From assembly GCA_964291285.2 (NCBI GenBank), contig OZ219785.1, forward strand, positions 448,001-512,000: 64,000 nt of DNA. Direction: 5' to 3'. The notes under the pieces were generated by a model. The model made no database searches. It worked only from the letters and a program-made list of their open reading frames with translations, and was not told the DNA's origin. The DNA comes from Alphaproteobacteria bacterium (lineage in GTDB: Bacteria; Pseudomonadota; Alphaproteobacteria; Bin95). The position numbers were made by a program, and so were the translations under genes. Shown here in pieces: positions 1 to 9,618 of the stretch (position 1 is its first letter; each line of letters begins with the position of its first letter).

Positions 1-373
1 GCGCGGGGCCGCCCTCCGGATCGGCGCTGACCGAGACCGCCTGCCAGCGCGCCGCCGCGCCGGGATCGGTCAGGCGGTCCAGGTCGCCCTCACGGGAGAG
101 CCAGGCATCCACGGCATCGCCGAGAGCGGCCCAGCGGTCCCCCAGGTCGAGATCCACCATGCGCTCCTGCTCCACCTTCGCCAGCACCAGCAGTTCGCGC
201 ACAGCGCGCCGCATGATGACGGCCGGCACGGCCTCCGCCATGATGGCCCGGTGAACGATGTAGCGCGAGATTTCCATGCCCGCCTCGTCGGCAAGCTCCC
301 TGATGCGCGCCCACTCGTTCGCCGTCGCCATCACCGCATGCTGCGTGCGGCGGCCCCCCGGAGCCCGGCTCAT
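1..373 (-). CDS. Ribbon-helix-helix / MobC-like protein (3' end runs off the window)
   Basis: Manual translation from ATG at 373: MSRAPGGRRTQHAVMATANEWARIRELADEAGMEISRYIVHRA..., open to base 1. The strand-'EW..I...A..AG..S.Y' pattern is typical of MobC/RHH proteins. Not in the ORF track because no stop lies in the window. Confidence 0.55.
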   Translation of the reverse strand, partial: MSRAPGGRRTQHAVMATANEWARIRELADEAGMEISRYIVHRAIMAEAVPAVIMRRAVRELLVLAKVEQERMVDLDLGDRWAALGDAVDAWLSREGDLDRLTDPGAAARWQAVSVSADPEGGPA

Positions 374-753
374 GACGACGCCCCCGGACCTGCCGCAACC
401 ATCAGAATTCCGTGCTTTACCGGCAATCTTGCCTGCGTTTCTCCTATATCAACTATCATATTTATCCTCTCACAGGTCGATTTGGTGCATCACCACGATG
501 GTCGTGACTTCCTTCTTACCAGAAGCGCATTCATGCATCAGGCTACCCTCAATGCCCCCCGGAAACAATGCGTTGTCACTGTTTTACTTCCCCCAGTGCC
601 ACTATCGCGTTCAGGACCTTCCTGTAGGTCAGTCGGATTTCGTGCCAATGCCTCTTGCCATGCCCGGAAATATCCTGTATTCAGGCCTCCTTCATGGGAG
701 GAATGCGACCCTCTGTCAGATAGTGCCCTAACTCGAAAAATCACGTTCGAGAT

Positions 754-1074
754 TTACACCCCTGAACGGCTCAGACGGTGAAAACGCCGCCATACCGTAT
801 TCCAGTGCCCGAACCGCTCCGGCAGCGCCCGCCAGGTGATGTTGTGAACCGCAAAGAAGTGCAGCGCCTCCAGAAACAGACGGTCGTCCTTCGCCTTCGC
901 ACCCCGCCTCGGAAGGCAAAGCCGGAAAACCTCCAGCGCAACCTCCCAGTCTCCATTCGTCATCTTCGTCGACATCAACGAAACCCCCGAATCGCCGACG
1001 CCTCATGATTCAGACAAATCCTCGCACGGGAATCCCTGAACACGCTCCTGAGTCAATACGTCCACAGGGCCTAG
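754..1074 (-). pseudogene. Truncated IS5-family transposase (N-terminal DUF4096-like domain) with one terminal repeat
   Basis: ORF 754..978 'MTNGDW...[44 protein letters not shown]' is an IS5 OrfA-like N-terminus with no DDE part. Minus-strand CTAGGCCCTGTGGAC at about 1060-1074 resembles an IS5 end. Confidence 0.75.
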
Positions 1075-1166
1075 CACCACAATCCGAACAGCCGCGACTG
1101 CCGCCGGGAGGCGGGGTCTGTTTTGCTGTCCTTGTCCCCGGCGGTCCGGGCGGGAAGGACAGGACC

Positions 1167-2372
1167 ATGACGACAATCGCAGAGCCGCAGGCGGAAAATG
1201 CGGCGCACGATCCCTACGGGGCGCTGATGGAAATTACCCGGCGGCCCCCGATCGCCTTCACCCACGGGCGCGGCGGGCTGCTCTGGGACAGCGAGGGCAA
1301 CCGCTATCTGGATTTCATCCAGGGCTGGGCGGTGAACTGCCTCGGGCACAGCCCGCCGGCCGTCGCCCGCGCGCTGGCCGAACAGTCCGCCAGGCTGCTG
1401 AACTGCAGCCCCGCCTATTACAACGAGCCGATGATGCGCTACGCGGACGCGCTGACGGCCGCTGCGGGCCTGGAGCGGGTGTTCTTCGCCAACAGCGGCG
1501 CGGAGGCCAATGAGGGGGCCATCAAGCTCGCGCGGAAATGGGGCGCCAAGCACCGGGGCGGCGCCTGGGAGATCGTCACCACCGTCGGCGGCTTCCACGG
1601 CCGGACCCTCGCCACCATGTCCGCGTCGGGCAAGGCGGCCTGGGACGGGCTGTTCGAACCCAGGGTGGCCGGGTTCCCGAAAGTGCCGTTGAACGACATC
1701 GGGGCCGTCGAAGCCGCGATTACGGACAGGACCGTGGCCGTCATGCTGGAGCCGATCCAGGGCGAGTCGGGCGTCCGGCCCGCCGGCGACGGTTATCTGA
1801 GGGCCCTGCGCGCCCTGGCCGACCGGCGGGGCATCCTGCTGATCCTCGACGAGATCCAGACCGGCATGGGGCGGACCGGCGCCCTGTTCTGCTTCGAGCA
1901 TGCCGGCGTCCGCCCGGACATCATGACCCTCGGCAAGGGGATCGGCGCCGGAACCCCGCTGGCGGCGCTGCTCGCACGGGAAGAGGTCTGCTGTTTCGAG
2001 CCCGGCGACCAGGGCGGCACCTATAACGGCAACGCGCTGATGGCCGCCGTCGGCCATGCGGTGCTCGAAGAGCTCACTGCCGAAGGCTTCCTCGAGCGCG
2101 TGTGCGAGGCGGGGGCGGTGCTGCGGCGCGGCCTGGAGAGCCTGAGCGGGAAATACGGCCTCGGCGGCGTGCGCGGCCGGGGGCTGCTCCTCGCCCTCGA
2201 CCTGAAGCCGCGGACGGACGGATTCGCGCTGGTGGAGAAGGCGCTGGCGGCGGGACTGCTGCTCAATGCCCCTGCCCCCGACGCGCTCCGCTTCGTGCCG
2301 GCGCTCAACGTCACCGACGAGGAGATCGCGGAGATGCTCGATCTGCTGGACGGGCTGCTGAAGCGCCCATAG
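1167..2372 (+). CDS. argD: Acetylornithine aminotransferase (class III PLP)
   Basis: Motifs [48 protein letters not shown]. Start chosen at MTTIAE after AGGA. Confidence 0.88.
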   Translation: MTTIAEPQAENAAHDPYGALMEITRRPPIAFTHGRGGLLWDSEGNRYLDFIQGWAVNCLGHSPPAVARALAEQSARLLNCSPAYYNEPMMRYADALTAAAGLERVFFANSGAEANEGAIKLARKWGAKHRGGAWEIVTTVGGFHGRTLATMSASGKAAWDGLFEPRVAGFPKVPLNDIGAVEAAITDRTVAVMLEPIQGESGVRPAGDGYLRALRALADRRGILLILDEIQTGMGRTGALFCFEHAGVRPDIMTLGKGIGAGTPLAALLAREEVCCFEPGDQGGTYNGNALMAAVGHAVLEELTAEGFLERVCEAGAVLRRGLESLSGKYGLGGVRGRGLLLALDLKPRTDGFALVEKALAAGLLLNAPAPDALRFVPALNVTDEEIAEMLDLLDGLLKRP

Positions 2373-2475
2373 CCCGAGGCATGGCGCCGCGCCGGGGTCT
2401 GAGGCCTGCCTCGCCCCGGCTTCCCCTTCCGCGGATGCGAAAGTTCGAAGGGCAGGGCCGGCGGGGGAACGGGAC

Positions 2476-2730
2476 ATGGCCTTCGACCCGGTTATCGCCG
2501 ACGGCACGGTGGCGGCTCCGGCATGGCCGCCGACATCCCGGTGTTCGACGAGGCGGCGGTGAAACCCCGCCTGCCGACGGTGGAACACGGCCTGCCGGGC
2601 GGCGAGCGCAGGCCGGCGCAGAAGGCCGAGGCCATCGACGCCGCCATCGTCAAAGGCGAGGTCAGGCTGGAACGCGGCGAGAGCGCCAGCGCCGTTCCGG
2701 GAAGGGTCATCGGGGCCCGCTCGCGGCGTA
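2476..2730 (+). pseudogene. Internally deleted N-acyl-D-amino-acid deacylase (amidohydrolase) remnant
   Basis: N-terminal MAFDPVIADGTV..GSG..ADI is joined, with a frameshift, directly to C-terminal VFDEAAVKPRLPTVEHGLPGGERRPAQKAEAIDAAIVKGEV...PGRVI. Both resemble the termini of this family, and the catalytic core is missing. Confidence 0.55.
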
Positions 2731-2997
2731 ACGGCGGCCTCCCGTCCGGCTTCCGCCGCCGGCGAATGCCGCACGCCGCCGCGACACGGTATTTTCGCCG
2801 ACGGCATGCCCGCTTGCGCGGCGCCTCGATGTCCCGGTTCCAATCCCGGACCGGCGGGAATTGGCGGCCGAAAATTATAGAAAGCATTTGAAAATAATAT
2901 CGCCGCAAGCGGCATGATTCCGCCTGAACGACATCGTTCTTTATTGAAAGTCCAGTCTGCCGTTCCCACCTCGGAATTATCGCTACAGGAGGCAAAA

Positions 2998-3252
2998 ATG
3001 CTGAGGAAGATTGCCGGAATTCTGACGGTAGTCGCAATGTTCGCGGCGTCCGCAGCACACGCTCACTCTGTCCACTATGCGATGGCGGCCACCGATGCGA
3101 CGCTCGCCGTTCAGCCGCTTCCGGGCAAGGTTTACACCGCGCTCGCGGGCGATACCGCCTTGGCGAAGGCCGAGGCGCTGGCACAATGCCGCGATGCGGG
3201 CCACGACAGCTGCACTGTCGTCGGAAGCGGCGTGCTCCTGCACCGCCACTAA
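2998..3252 (+). CDS. Small secreted Cys-pair protein (DUF4189-like)
   Basis: RBS AGGAGG, signal peptide ending AHA, motif 'AEALAQC....C.VV'. Confidence 0.6.
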   Translation: MLRKIAGILTVVAMFAASAAHAHSVHYAMAATDATLAVQPLPGKVYTALAGDTALAKAEALAQCRDAGHDSCTVVGSGVLLHRH

Positions 3253-3319
3253 TCCGCAGACCCCGCGGAAGAGGCCCGTCCTCCTCGGGCCGAGAAGGCT
3301 CTCCCCAGGCCCCTTCGAC

Positions 3320-3358
3320 TGCCGCCGCCTCCACCTCCCGGGGCGGCGGCCCCTTTTT
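3320..3358 (+). terminator. Probable rho-independent terminator
   Basis: GCCGCCGCC...GGCGGCGGC stem followed by a T run, downstream of the small secreted protein. Confidence 0.45.
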
Positions 3359-3391
3359 CGGTTTCGTCGAACGGCCTAATGCCCGTCCCCC

Positions 3392-3450
3392 TCGGCGATA
3401 TCCGTCTTCAGCGCCCGTTTCACCCCCTCGCTGCGGCTGTGGATTGGGAC
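3392..3450 (-). repeat. Diverged duplicate of the enoyl-CoA hydratase 3' end (partner copy at 4443-4501)
   Basis: About 50/59 nt identical by eye. Encodes PIHSRSEGVKRALKTDIAE versus PIHSRSAGVKRALKSDIAD. Confidence 0.8.
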
Positions 3451-3655
3451 GCACCCGCCGTCCGGCCCAGGGCGCTGCGCGGCGTTGCCACAATTGAGGC
3501 GCATATGCCGGTTATCCTGGCCGTCCACCCGCCGGGAGGGGGAACGAATGCGCCAGGGCGACGGTATCGGAACGGGGAGTCCGGCGCGGCCGCCGGGGCC
3601 GGGGGCGTGGACCGACCGAAACCGGAAAAGAGCGCGCGCTCTCCGCGCTGGCGGG

Positions 3656-4402
3656 ATGCCGGCCGCCGTGAAATGGATTGGCCTGGGAGCCATCGCTGCG
3701 GTCTGTGCGGTCGCAGTTCAGGGTTGTGCGACATACACAACGCCGGCCGCCGGCGCCAATTTGAAGGCGCTGGCCGACGAGGATATCGGGGCGCTGATGG
3801 AGGTCGAACCGGCCAGCCCGTTTCCGGCACGGGTCGCCGTTGTGAGAATCCAGGCCCCCGGCTACGCCTCCAGGACCAACATCGGTTATGGCGCGGGCAG
3901 ATACAGCGTCGTAACGGCAAGAGACATAGAAGACGAAGACCTGTTCGCCAGGATTTCCGCCTTGCCGATGGTCGCAGGAGTCGCGCCCCTGAGCAGGATC
4001 ATCCTGCCTCGAAATCCGGAATCGATAAAGGACCTCAGGATTTCCGCAGCACGCCTCAGGACGGATCTCGTCCTCATCTACTCTGTCGATACGGTGTTCC
4101 ATATCGAAGGCACGCCGCTCGGACCCTTGTCCCCGATCACGCTGGGACTGCTTCCCGACAAGAAGGCGTTCGTTTCGTCGACGACATCGGGTGCCATGGT
4201 CGATGTCCGCACCGGCTTCGTGTACGGCGTTTCCGAGGCCACGGAAAGGGAGGAACAGCTTGCCACGATCTGGAATACGCAGGACGTAATCGACGGGGCG
4301 AGACTCAGGTCCGAGACGGCGAGCTTCCGGAGTTTCGCCGGAGAGTTCGGGAAATTATGGAAGAATATCCTGGCGCAATACGCATCCGGGGAAACCAGCT
4401 GA
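3656..4402 (+). CDS. Putative lipoprotein (rhombotarget-lipoprotein-like)
   Basis: Hydrophobic leader with lipobox VQG|C. 'PFPARVAVVR', 'AARLRTDLVLIY' and 'AMVDVRTG' motifs. Start uncertain. Confidence 0.65.
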   Translation: MPAAVKWIGLGAIAAVCAVAVQGCATYTTPAAGANLKALADEDIGALMEVEPASPFPARVAVVRIQAPGYASRTNIGYGAGRYSVVTARDIEDEDLFARISALPMVAGVAPLSRIILPRNPESIKDLRISAARLRTDLVLIYSVDTVFHIEGTPLGPLSPITLGLLPDKKAFVSSTTSGAMVDVRTGFVYGVSEATEREEQLATIWNTQDVIDGARLRSETASFRSFAGEFGKLWKNILAQYASGETS

Positions 4403-4432
4403 CATTTCCCTCGGACGCGCCGGGCTCAGGCC

Positions 4433-5233
4433 TTATCCGCCGTCTGCAATATCGCTCTTCAGCGCCCGTTTCACGCCCGCGCTGCGGCTGTGGATCGGCG
4501 CGAGCTGGCCGTTCAGGCGGAGGAGCTGGTTCAGCTGGTTGCCGAAATTGAGCGCACCGTGGAGCGCCATGTCCTCGGCGAGGCGGTAGGTCGTCTTGGT
4601 GCGCCGGACGGCCCAGGGCGCACGGTCGGTCAGCGTGCCGACGAAGTCCGCCACCGCCTCTGCCAGCCCGCCCGGCTCGGCCAGCCGGTTGACCAGGCCG
4701 AACTCGCGATACTGCTCGGCGGTGTAGAGGTCGCCGGTGATGGCGATCTCCAGCCCCCGCCGGCGCCCGATCTGTCGGGTCAGCAGCGCGATGTTCATGG
4801 CGGCGGGGAAGCCGTAGGCCATCTCCACATTGCCGAAGCGCGCGCCGCGTTCGGCCACCACGAAATCGCAGGCGAGCGACATCGCCTGCCCGCCGCCGAG
4901 CGCCATGCCGTGCACGGCGGCCACGGTCGGCTTCGGCGATTCGATCAGCAGCGAGAGCGCCTCCAGGAAGATGTCCACCGCCGCATCCACGGACATGTCC
5001 TGCAGGACGGCCGCCTGCTCGAACTCGGAGGCGTCGCGCCCGGAGGTGAAGCAGCCGCCCGCGCCCCGGACGACGATGGCGCGCACTTCGTCGTCGGCAT
5101 TGGCGCTGCGCACGGCCGCCACGAACGCCTCCAGCAGCGCGTCGTTCATCGCGTTCTTCTTCTCCGGCCGGTTCAGGGTCAGCACGGCGGCGCGGCCTTC
5201 CTGAGAGACGAGCACGAGCGGTCGGTCGGGCAT
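4433..5233 (-). CDS. Enoyl-CoA hydratase/isomerase family protein
   Basis: LTLNRPEKKNAM, FTSGRD, PKPTVAAVHGMALGGG crotonase motifs. Confidence 0.9.
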   Translation of the reverse strand: MPDRPLVLVSQEGRAAVLTLNRPEKKNAMNDALLEAFVAAVRSANADDEVRAIVVRGAGGCFTSGRDASEFEQAAVLQDMSVDAAVDIFLEALSLLIESPKPTVAAVHGMALGGGQAMSLACDFVVAERGARFGNVEMAYGFPAAMNIALLTRQIGRRRGLEIAITGDLYTAEQYREFGLVNRLAEPGGLAEAVADFVGTLTDRAPWAVRRTKTTYRLAEDMALHGALNFGNQLNQLLRLNGQLAPIHSRSAGVKRALKSDIADGG

Positions 5234-5285
5234 GGGACAGGCTCCTCGGGTTCCGGGCGATTCCGGCGGGCGGCGGGGCGACGCT

Positions 5286-5603
5286 TCAACCCGGCGCGCG
5301 CAGCCGGTCGTCGGTATCGAGAGCAGGCAGACGGGCAATCTCCGCGCCGCTCTTCCGCTCCGCCAACCGCAATTCGTAGAGCTTCTGGAGGTTGAGCCAG
5401 AACTCTCCCGACGTGCCGAAGAAGCGCCCCAGACGCAGCGCCGTGTCGCCGGTGACAGCGCGGCGCCCGTTCAGGATTTCGGTAATGCGGTTCACCGGAA
5501 CCTCGATCCGCCGGGCCAGTTCGGCTGCACTCATGCCCAGAGCGTCGAGGTCCTCCCGCAAGGTTTCGCCCGGATGGATGGGGTCACGCATCGCGATGAG
5601 CAT
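5286..5603 (-). CDS. higA: HigA-family antitoxin (XRE HTH), no adjacent toxin
   Basis: PIHPGETLREDL..LGMSAAELARRIEVPVNRITEILNGRRAVTGDTALRLGRFFGTSGEFWLNLQKLYEL. Start at 5603 or 5591. Confidence 0.88.
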   Translation of the reverse strand: MLIAMRDPIHPGETLREDLDALGMSAAELARRIEVPVNRITEILNGRRAVTGDTALRLGRFFGTSGEFWLNLQKLYELRLAERKSGAEIARLPALDTDDRLRAPG

Positions 5604-5737
5604 ACCTGGCACAGACAACCGCCCCTCGTTGCGTACCAGCATAGCGATTCCCAAGTCCTTGCTCCATCTATCCGGTTGCTCATGGGCAGGCCCCCGCCGG
5701 CGCGCGGGACTGGCGGGAGCCGGAACCTTGCGGGCGT

Positions 5738-6511
5738 TCAGGCGGTCCAGATATCCCGGCTCTGAAACACCCGCTTCAGGAGTTCCGCCTCGTCGGTCAT
5801 GATGCCGTCCACGCCGAGGTCGAGAAGGCGGTTCATGTCCGCCTCGTCGTTGATGGTCCATGCATGCACCGGCAGGCCGCGGGCGTGCGCCGCCGCCATG
5901 AATGCGCGGTCGATGACCGGGAGTCCGTAGCGGCGCGGCGGGACCTGCGCGCAATCGGCCGCAAATCCGCCGAGAGGCAGGACATGGCCGGCCAGCCAGA
6001 GACGGGCGGCTTCGGCCGTGCCCATCGACGTGCAGAGCCGGTCGCCGGCCGCGGCCCGGATGCGGCGAAGACGGCGGCCGGACTCCGATCCGACGCAGAC
6101 CCGCTCCCACGCATCGGTGTCCCGGAGCAGGTCGAGCAGGGGCCCGACGGCACTGTCCTGCTTCGGGTCTATGTTGACCCGCAGGCCGTCCCAGGTGGTC
6201 AGCAGGTCCTCGAGGCGCGGAATCGGTTCCCGTCCGCCGACGCGGGCGCGGCGCAGCTCCGGCCAGCTCCTCTCCGAGAGAAGGCCGCGCATGTCCGTGA
6301 GGCGGTCCAGGCGGCTGTCGTGAAACACGACGAGGACATTGTCGGCGGTGGCGTGAACGTCGGTCTCGACGACCCGGTAGCCGAGCTCGACCGCGGCGGC
6401 GAAGGCGGCCATCGTGTTCTCGGGATACCGGGCGGAATAGCCGCGGTGCGCGATCGCGGCCGGCAGGGGATGGCCGGGATGGCGGAGAAACGGATGCAGG
6501 TCGCGCGTCAT
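5738..6511 (-). CDS. Glycerophosphodiester phosphodiesterase
   Basis: IAHRG, PENT, ETDVH, HD, WTIND, GVDGIMTD GDPD motifs. Confidence 0.9.
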   Translation of the reverse strand: MTRDLHPFLRHPGHPLPAAIAHRGYSARYPENTMAAFAAAVELGYRVVETDVHATADNVLVVFHDSRLDRLTDMRGLLSERSWPELRRARVGGREPIPRLEDLLTTWDGLRVNIDPKQDSAVGPLLDLLRDTDAWERVCVGSESGRRLRRIRAAAGDRLCTSMGTAEAARLWLAGHVLPLGGFAADCAQVPPRRYGLPVIDRAFMAAAHARGLPVHAWTINDEADMNRLLDLGVDGIMTDEAELLKRVFQSRDIWTA

Positions 6512-6722
6512 GTCCTCGCCCCCGGATGGCTGAAGCGGCTCCTGCAAGGATAAGGCCCGAACCGGGTCCGGCGGAAATCGCGTAAGCTGGCGCGGACCCT
6601 GGCGCTGCGCCGGAGCCTTTGAGGGAGTGGAAGCCCTCTCGCAATCGAAACTGCAAGCCGTTTGAGCTATAACCGCGTCGACCGTGCCCGTGGCGAGGCC
6701 GGTGGACCGCCGGAGGCTTGAG

Positions 6723-7778
6723 ATGACCTTCCTTACCAGTTTCGAGGCCGTCCGCTATCGTGGCATAGACGGCTTGTCCTTCTCCCGCCTCGCACCGGCA
6801 AATCTCATCACCGGCGAGAACGGTGTCGGGAAGACGGCGGCCCTGGAGGCGATGTGGCTGTTCACCGGGCGGTATAACACCGGACTACTGTGGAACCAGC
6901 ATGTACAGCGCACCGACAAGCCTGTACTGGATCCCGTTGCAAGACTGGCGAAAGGCGCGCTGGAACTTCGGGGCGAGGAAAGAGGATCCTCCCATAGCAT
7001 GAAGGCTGTTTTCCGGAAATTGGCGGATATGGAAAGAACCAAGGAAACGCCAGCTGGACCTAGCCCAGGAAATCCCTTTATGACGCCGCCGGTGATCGCA
7101 CGCATCTATTCCGATTTAGACGGAAATCCCGCGACTCGGGAGACTACGGGGGCAAAGGTAACACCTTGGGGGTCTGTTGTATTCGATAGACAACAAATGC
7201 CACTGGAAAGACCGGACTCTATTATTTTCGGGACTAGATTCCAAGTTCAAACTCTTGACGAATACCTTCAAAGATATTCAGATATGGTTAGGGCGAATCT
7301 GAAGAAGAATTTCACGGAAGCAATCAACCTGATTCTGCCAAAAATCCAAGATGTGGAAATTCTAACGGACGAAATGGGTGGATCCTATCTTTCTGCCCTT
7401 ACGGATGCCGACGTGCAGTTACCGCTCCACGACTTGGGTGGCGGTGTTGAGCGGTTATATCAGTTATATTTGAGCTTTTTCGGCGCCCGCGGTGGCGCGC
7501 TTTATGCGGATGAAGTAGAAAACGGCCTGCATCATTCCGTTCTGGAGAATGTATGGTCCCATTCACGCAAGTGGATGCGGCAGTGGAATGTGCAGTTGGT
7601 GGCGACCACCCACAGTGACGAATGCATCCGGGCGGCGATGGCGGCCTTTGAGGACGCGCCAGACGACTTGGCGATCCACAAGCTCTACAGGAACGCAGAA
7701 ACAGGGAAAATTGAGGTAACAACCTTCAGTGGCGAGGCCCTGGAAGGCGCGCGAGACCTCAATCTGGAGACCCGGTGA
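6723..7778 (+). CDS. AAA_15/AAA_21-type ABC-like ATPase
   Basis: Walker A GENGVGKT, signature LGGG, Walker B DEVENGLH, H-loop ATTHS. The central part is lower in GC than the flanks. Confidence 0.85.
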   Translation: MTFLTSFEAVRYRGIDGLSFSRLAPANLITGENGVGKTAALEAMWLFTGRYNTGLLWNQHVQRTDKPVLDPVARLAKGALELRGEERGSSHSMKAVFRKLADMERTKETPAGPSPGNPFMTPPVIARIYSDLDGNPATRETTGAKVTPWGSVVFDRQQMPLERPDSIIFGTRFQVQTLDEYLQRYSDMVRANLKKNFTEAINLILPKIQDVEILTDEMGGSYLSALTDADVQLPLHDLGGGVERLYQLYLSFFGARGGALYADEVENGLHHSVLENVWSHSRKWMRQWNVQLVATTHSDECIRAAMAAFEDAPDDLAIHKLYRNAETGKIEVTTFSGEALEGARDLNLETR

Positions 7779-8431
7779 TGGCGGCCGCGGACGGCGGCGT
7801 GCCAAGGCTGGAAATTCGTTCTGACTGCCTGCTTCTGGTCGAAGGCCGGGACGAGGTGAACCTGTTCGAAGCGCTCCTGAAACATTGCTTCGGCGCCGCA
7901 GGGAAGCGGGACATACAGATTATCGACGCGGTAGGAAGGCACAGCTTCCGAAGAAATCTCACGGCAATCGCGGCTGCGGCCTGCGCGCGGCCGACACTCC
8001 GGGCAATCGGCGCGGTTCGGGATGCAGACGACAGCGCCCGGAGCGCATTCCAGAGCGTGTGCGATGCACTTCGCCATGCCGGCTACGAACCGCCTTCGGC
8101 CCATGGAGCGATCTCGGACAGCCACCCGCCGGTAGGCGTGTTCATCCTGCCGGACGGCGCGGGAACCGGCGCTGTCGAGACCCTCTGCCGACGGTCCGTC
8201 GCCGAGGACGAGGCAAGCCGCTGCGTCGAAGCTTTTATCGACTGCCTGAAGAAACAGGAAGCTTTGCAATCCCGGAATGAGGACAAGACCTTCGCCCATG
8301 CCTGGCTCGCCGCTGGGGATGATCCCGTGGCACGGGTGGGCGAAGGCGCGCAGCAGGGCGCGTGGGACTTCGACTCCGGCGCCTTCGCGGACCTGACCGA
8401 TTTCCTCCAGAGGCTCTTCGCCCTCGCCTAA
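7775..8431 (+). CDS. DUF3226-family protein (TOPRIM-like), coupled to the ATPase
   Basis: LLVEGRDE, 'GAVRDADD', 'VGVFILPD...GAVETL', 'K...HAWLA'. GTGA overlap with the ATPase stop. Confidence 0.75.
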   Translation: MMAAADGGVPRLEIRSDCLLLVEGRDEVNLFEALLKHCFGAAGKRDIQIIDAVGRHSFRRNLTAIAAAACARPTLRAIGAVRDADDSARSAFQSVCDALRHAGYEPPSAHGAISDSHPPVGVFILPDGAGTGAVETLCRRSVAEDEASRCVEAFIDCLKKQEALQSRNEDKTFAHAWLAAGDDPVARVGEGAQQGAWDFDSGAFADLTDFLQRLFALA

Positions 8432-9519
8432 CCCGGCCGGTGCGCCGCGAGCGCCTCCCAGTCGAACGTGATGCCGTGGCCGGGGCGGTCGGGGGCGCGG
8501 GCGTAGCCGTCCTCGACGGTCAGCGGGTCCGCCATGAACTTGTCGAGGCCGAAGGCGTGCCATTCCAGATAGGCCGCGTTCGGGGCCGCCGCCAGCAGGT
8601 GGATGTGCAGGTCGTGCGCGCCGTGGCTCATCACCGGCAGGCCGTGCGCCTCGGCGAGGTGCGCCACCTTCATGAAGGGCGTGATGCCGCCGCAGGTGGT
8701 GAGGTCGGGCTCCGGGAAATCGACCCCGCCGGCCCCGATCAGCGCCGCGAACTCCGCGAGCGTGTGGTGGTTCTCGCCCGCCGCCAGCGGCACCTTTCCG
8801 AGCGAGCGCAGATGCGCGTAGCCGGCCGTGTTGTCGGGCGCAATCGGCTCCTCCAGCCAAACCAGGTCGAAGGGCTGCAGCAGGGTCATGGCGCGCATCG
8901 CCTGCTCGACCCGCCAGGCTTCGTTGGCGTCCGCCATCAACTCGATCTCGTCCGGCAGATGGTTGCGCATCGCCTCGACGCGGGCGATGTCCTCCCGCAG
9001 GGTCGGGCGGCCGAGCCGCATCTTGACCGACCGGAAGCCCGCCTCGACGCTCGCCATGCCGCCTTCCAGCAGGCGGTCCACCGGGAAGTTCAGGTCGATA
9101 TTGCCGGCATAGGCCCGGACCGAGGGATTGGCCCCGCCGAGCAGCCGCCAGAGCGGCGCGCCCAGCCTGTTGCCCTTCAGGTCCCAGAGCGCGACATCGA
9201 CGGCCGCCATCGCGAAGCCGGTGGCCCCGCCCCGCCCGGCATAGTGGTGGCGCTTGTAGATGTCCCGCCAGATCGTCTCGATCAGGTCCGGGTCCCGGCC
9301 CTCGATGCCGGCGCGGAAGGAGCCGTCGCACATCGCCGCGATCGGGCCGCCCTGTCCCGCATGCATCACGGTATAGCCGACGCCCGCCGCGCCGTCGCTG
9401 TCGGTGATCCGCGCCGTCACCATGTCGAAGGCGGTCATCACGCCCGCGGCCGAAGCCTCCATCGCCACCGGCAGCGGCAGGCGGAACAGGTCGATTTCCA
9501 GCTTGTCGATTGTCGCCAC
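8428..9519 (-). CDS. Mandelate racemase/muconate lactonizing enzyme family (enolase superfamily)
   Basis: AVDVALWDLKG, KMR, MADAN, WLEEP, GEN, GGIT motifs. GTG start inferred. Confidence 0.88.
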   Translation of the reverse strand: MATIDKLEIDLFRLPLPVAMEASAAGVMTAFDMVTARITDSDGAAGVGYTVMHAGQGGPIAAMCDGSFRAGIEGRDPDLIETIWRDIYKRHHYAGRGGATGFAMAAVDVALWDLKGNRLGAPLWRLLGGANPSVRAYAGNIDLNFPVDRLLEGGMASVEAGFRSVKMRLGRPTLREDIARVEAMRNHLPDEIELMADANEAWRVEQAMRAMTLLQPFDLVWLEEPIAPDNTAGYAHLRSLGKVPLAAGENHHTLAEFAALIGAGGVDFPEPDLTTCGGITPFMKVAHLAEAHGLPVMSHGAHDLHIHLLAAAPNAAYLEWHAFGLDKFMADPLTVEDGYARAPDRPGHGITFDWEALAAHRPG

Positions 9520-9618
9520 GGTCCCGGTTCCCCCTCTTGCGCGTCCGGCGGTCCTGTTGGCGGGATAATTCACCATGCGCTATAGGGTGGCAACCGGAGG
9601 CCAAGCGGAGCGCGCCCC

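Noticed and set aside
5604-6656. 456-aa HigA fusion
   Set aside because: The upstream part is an alternative frame over the GDPD gene with Arg/Pro-rich junk composition.
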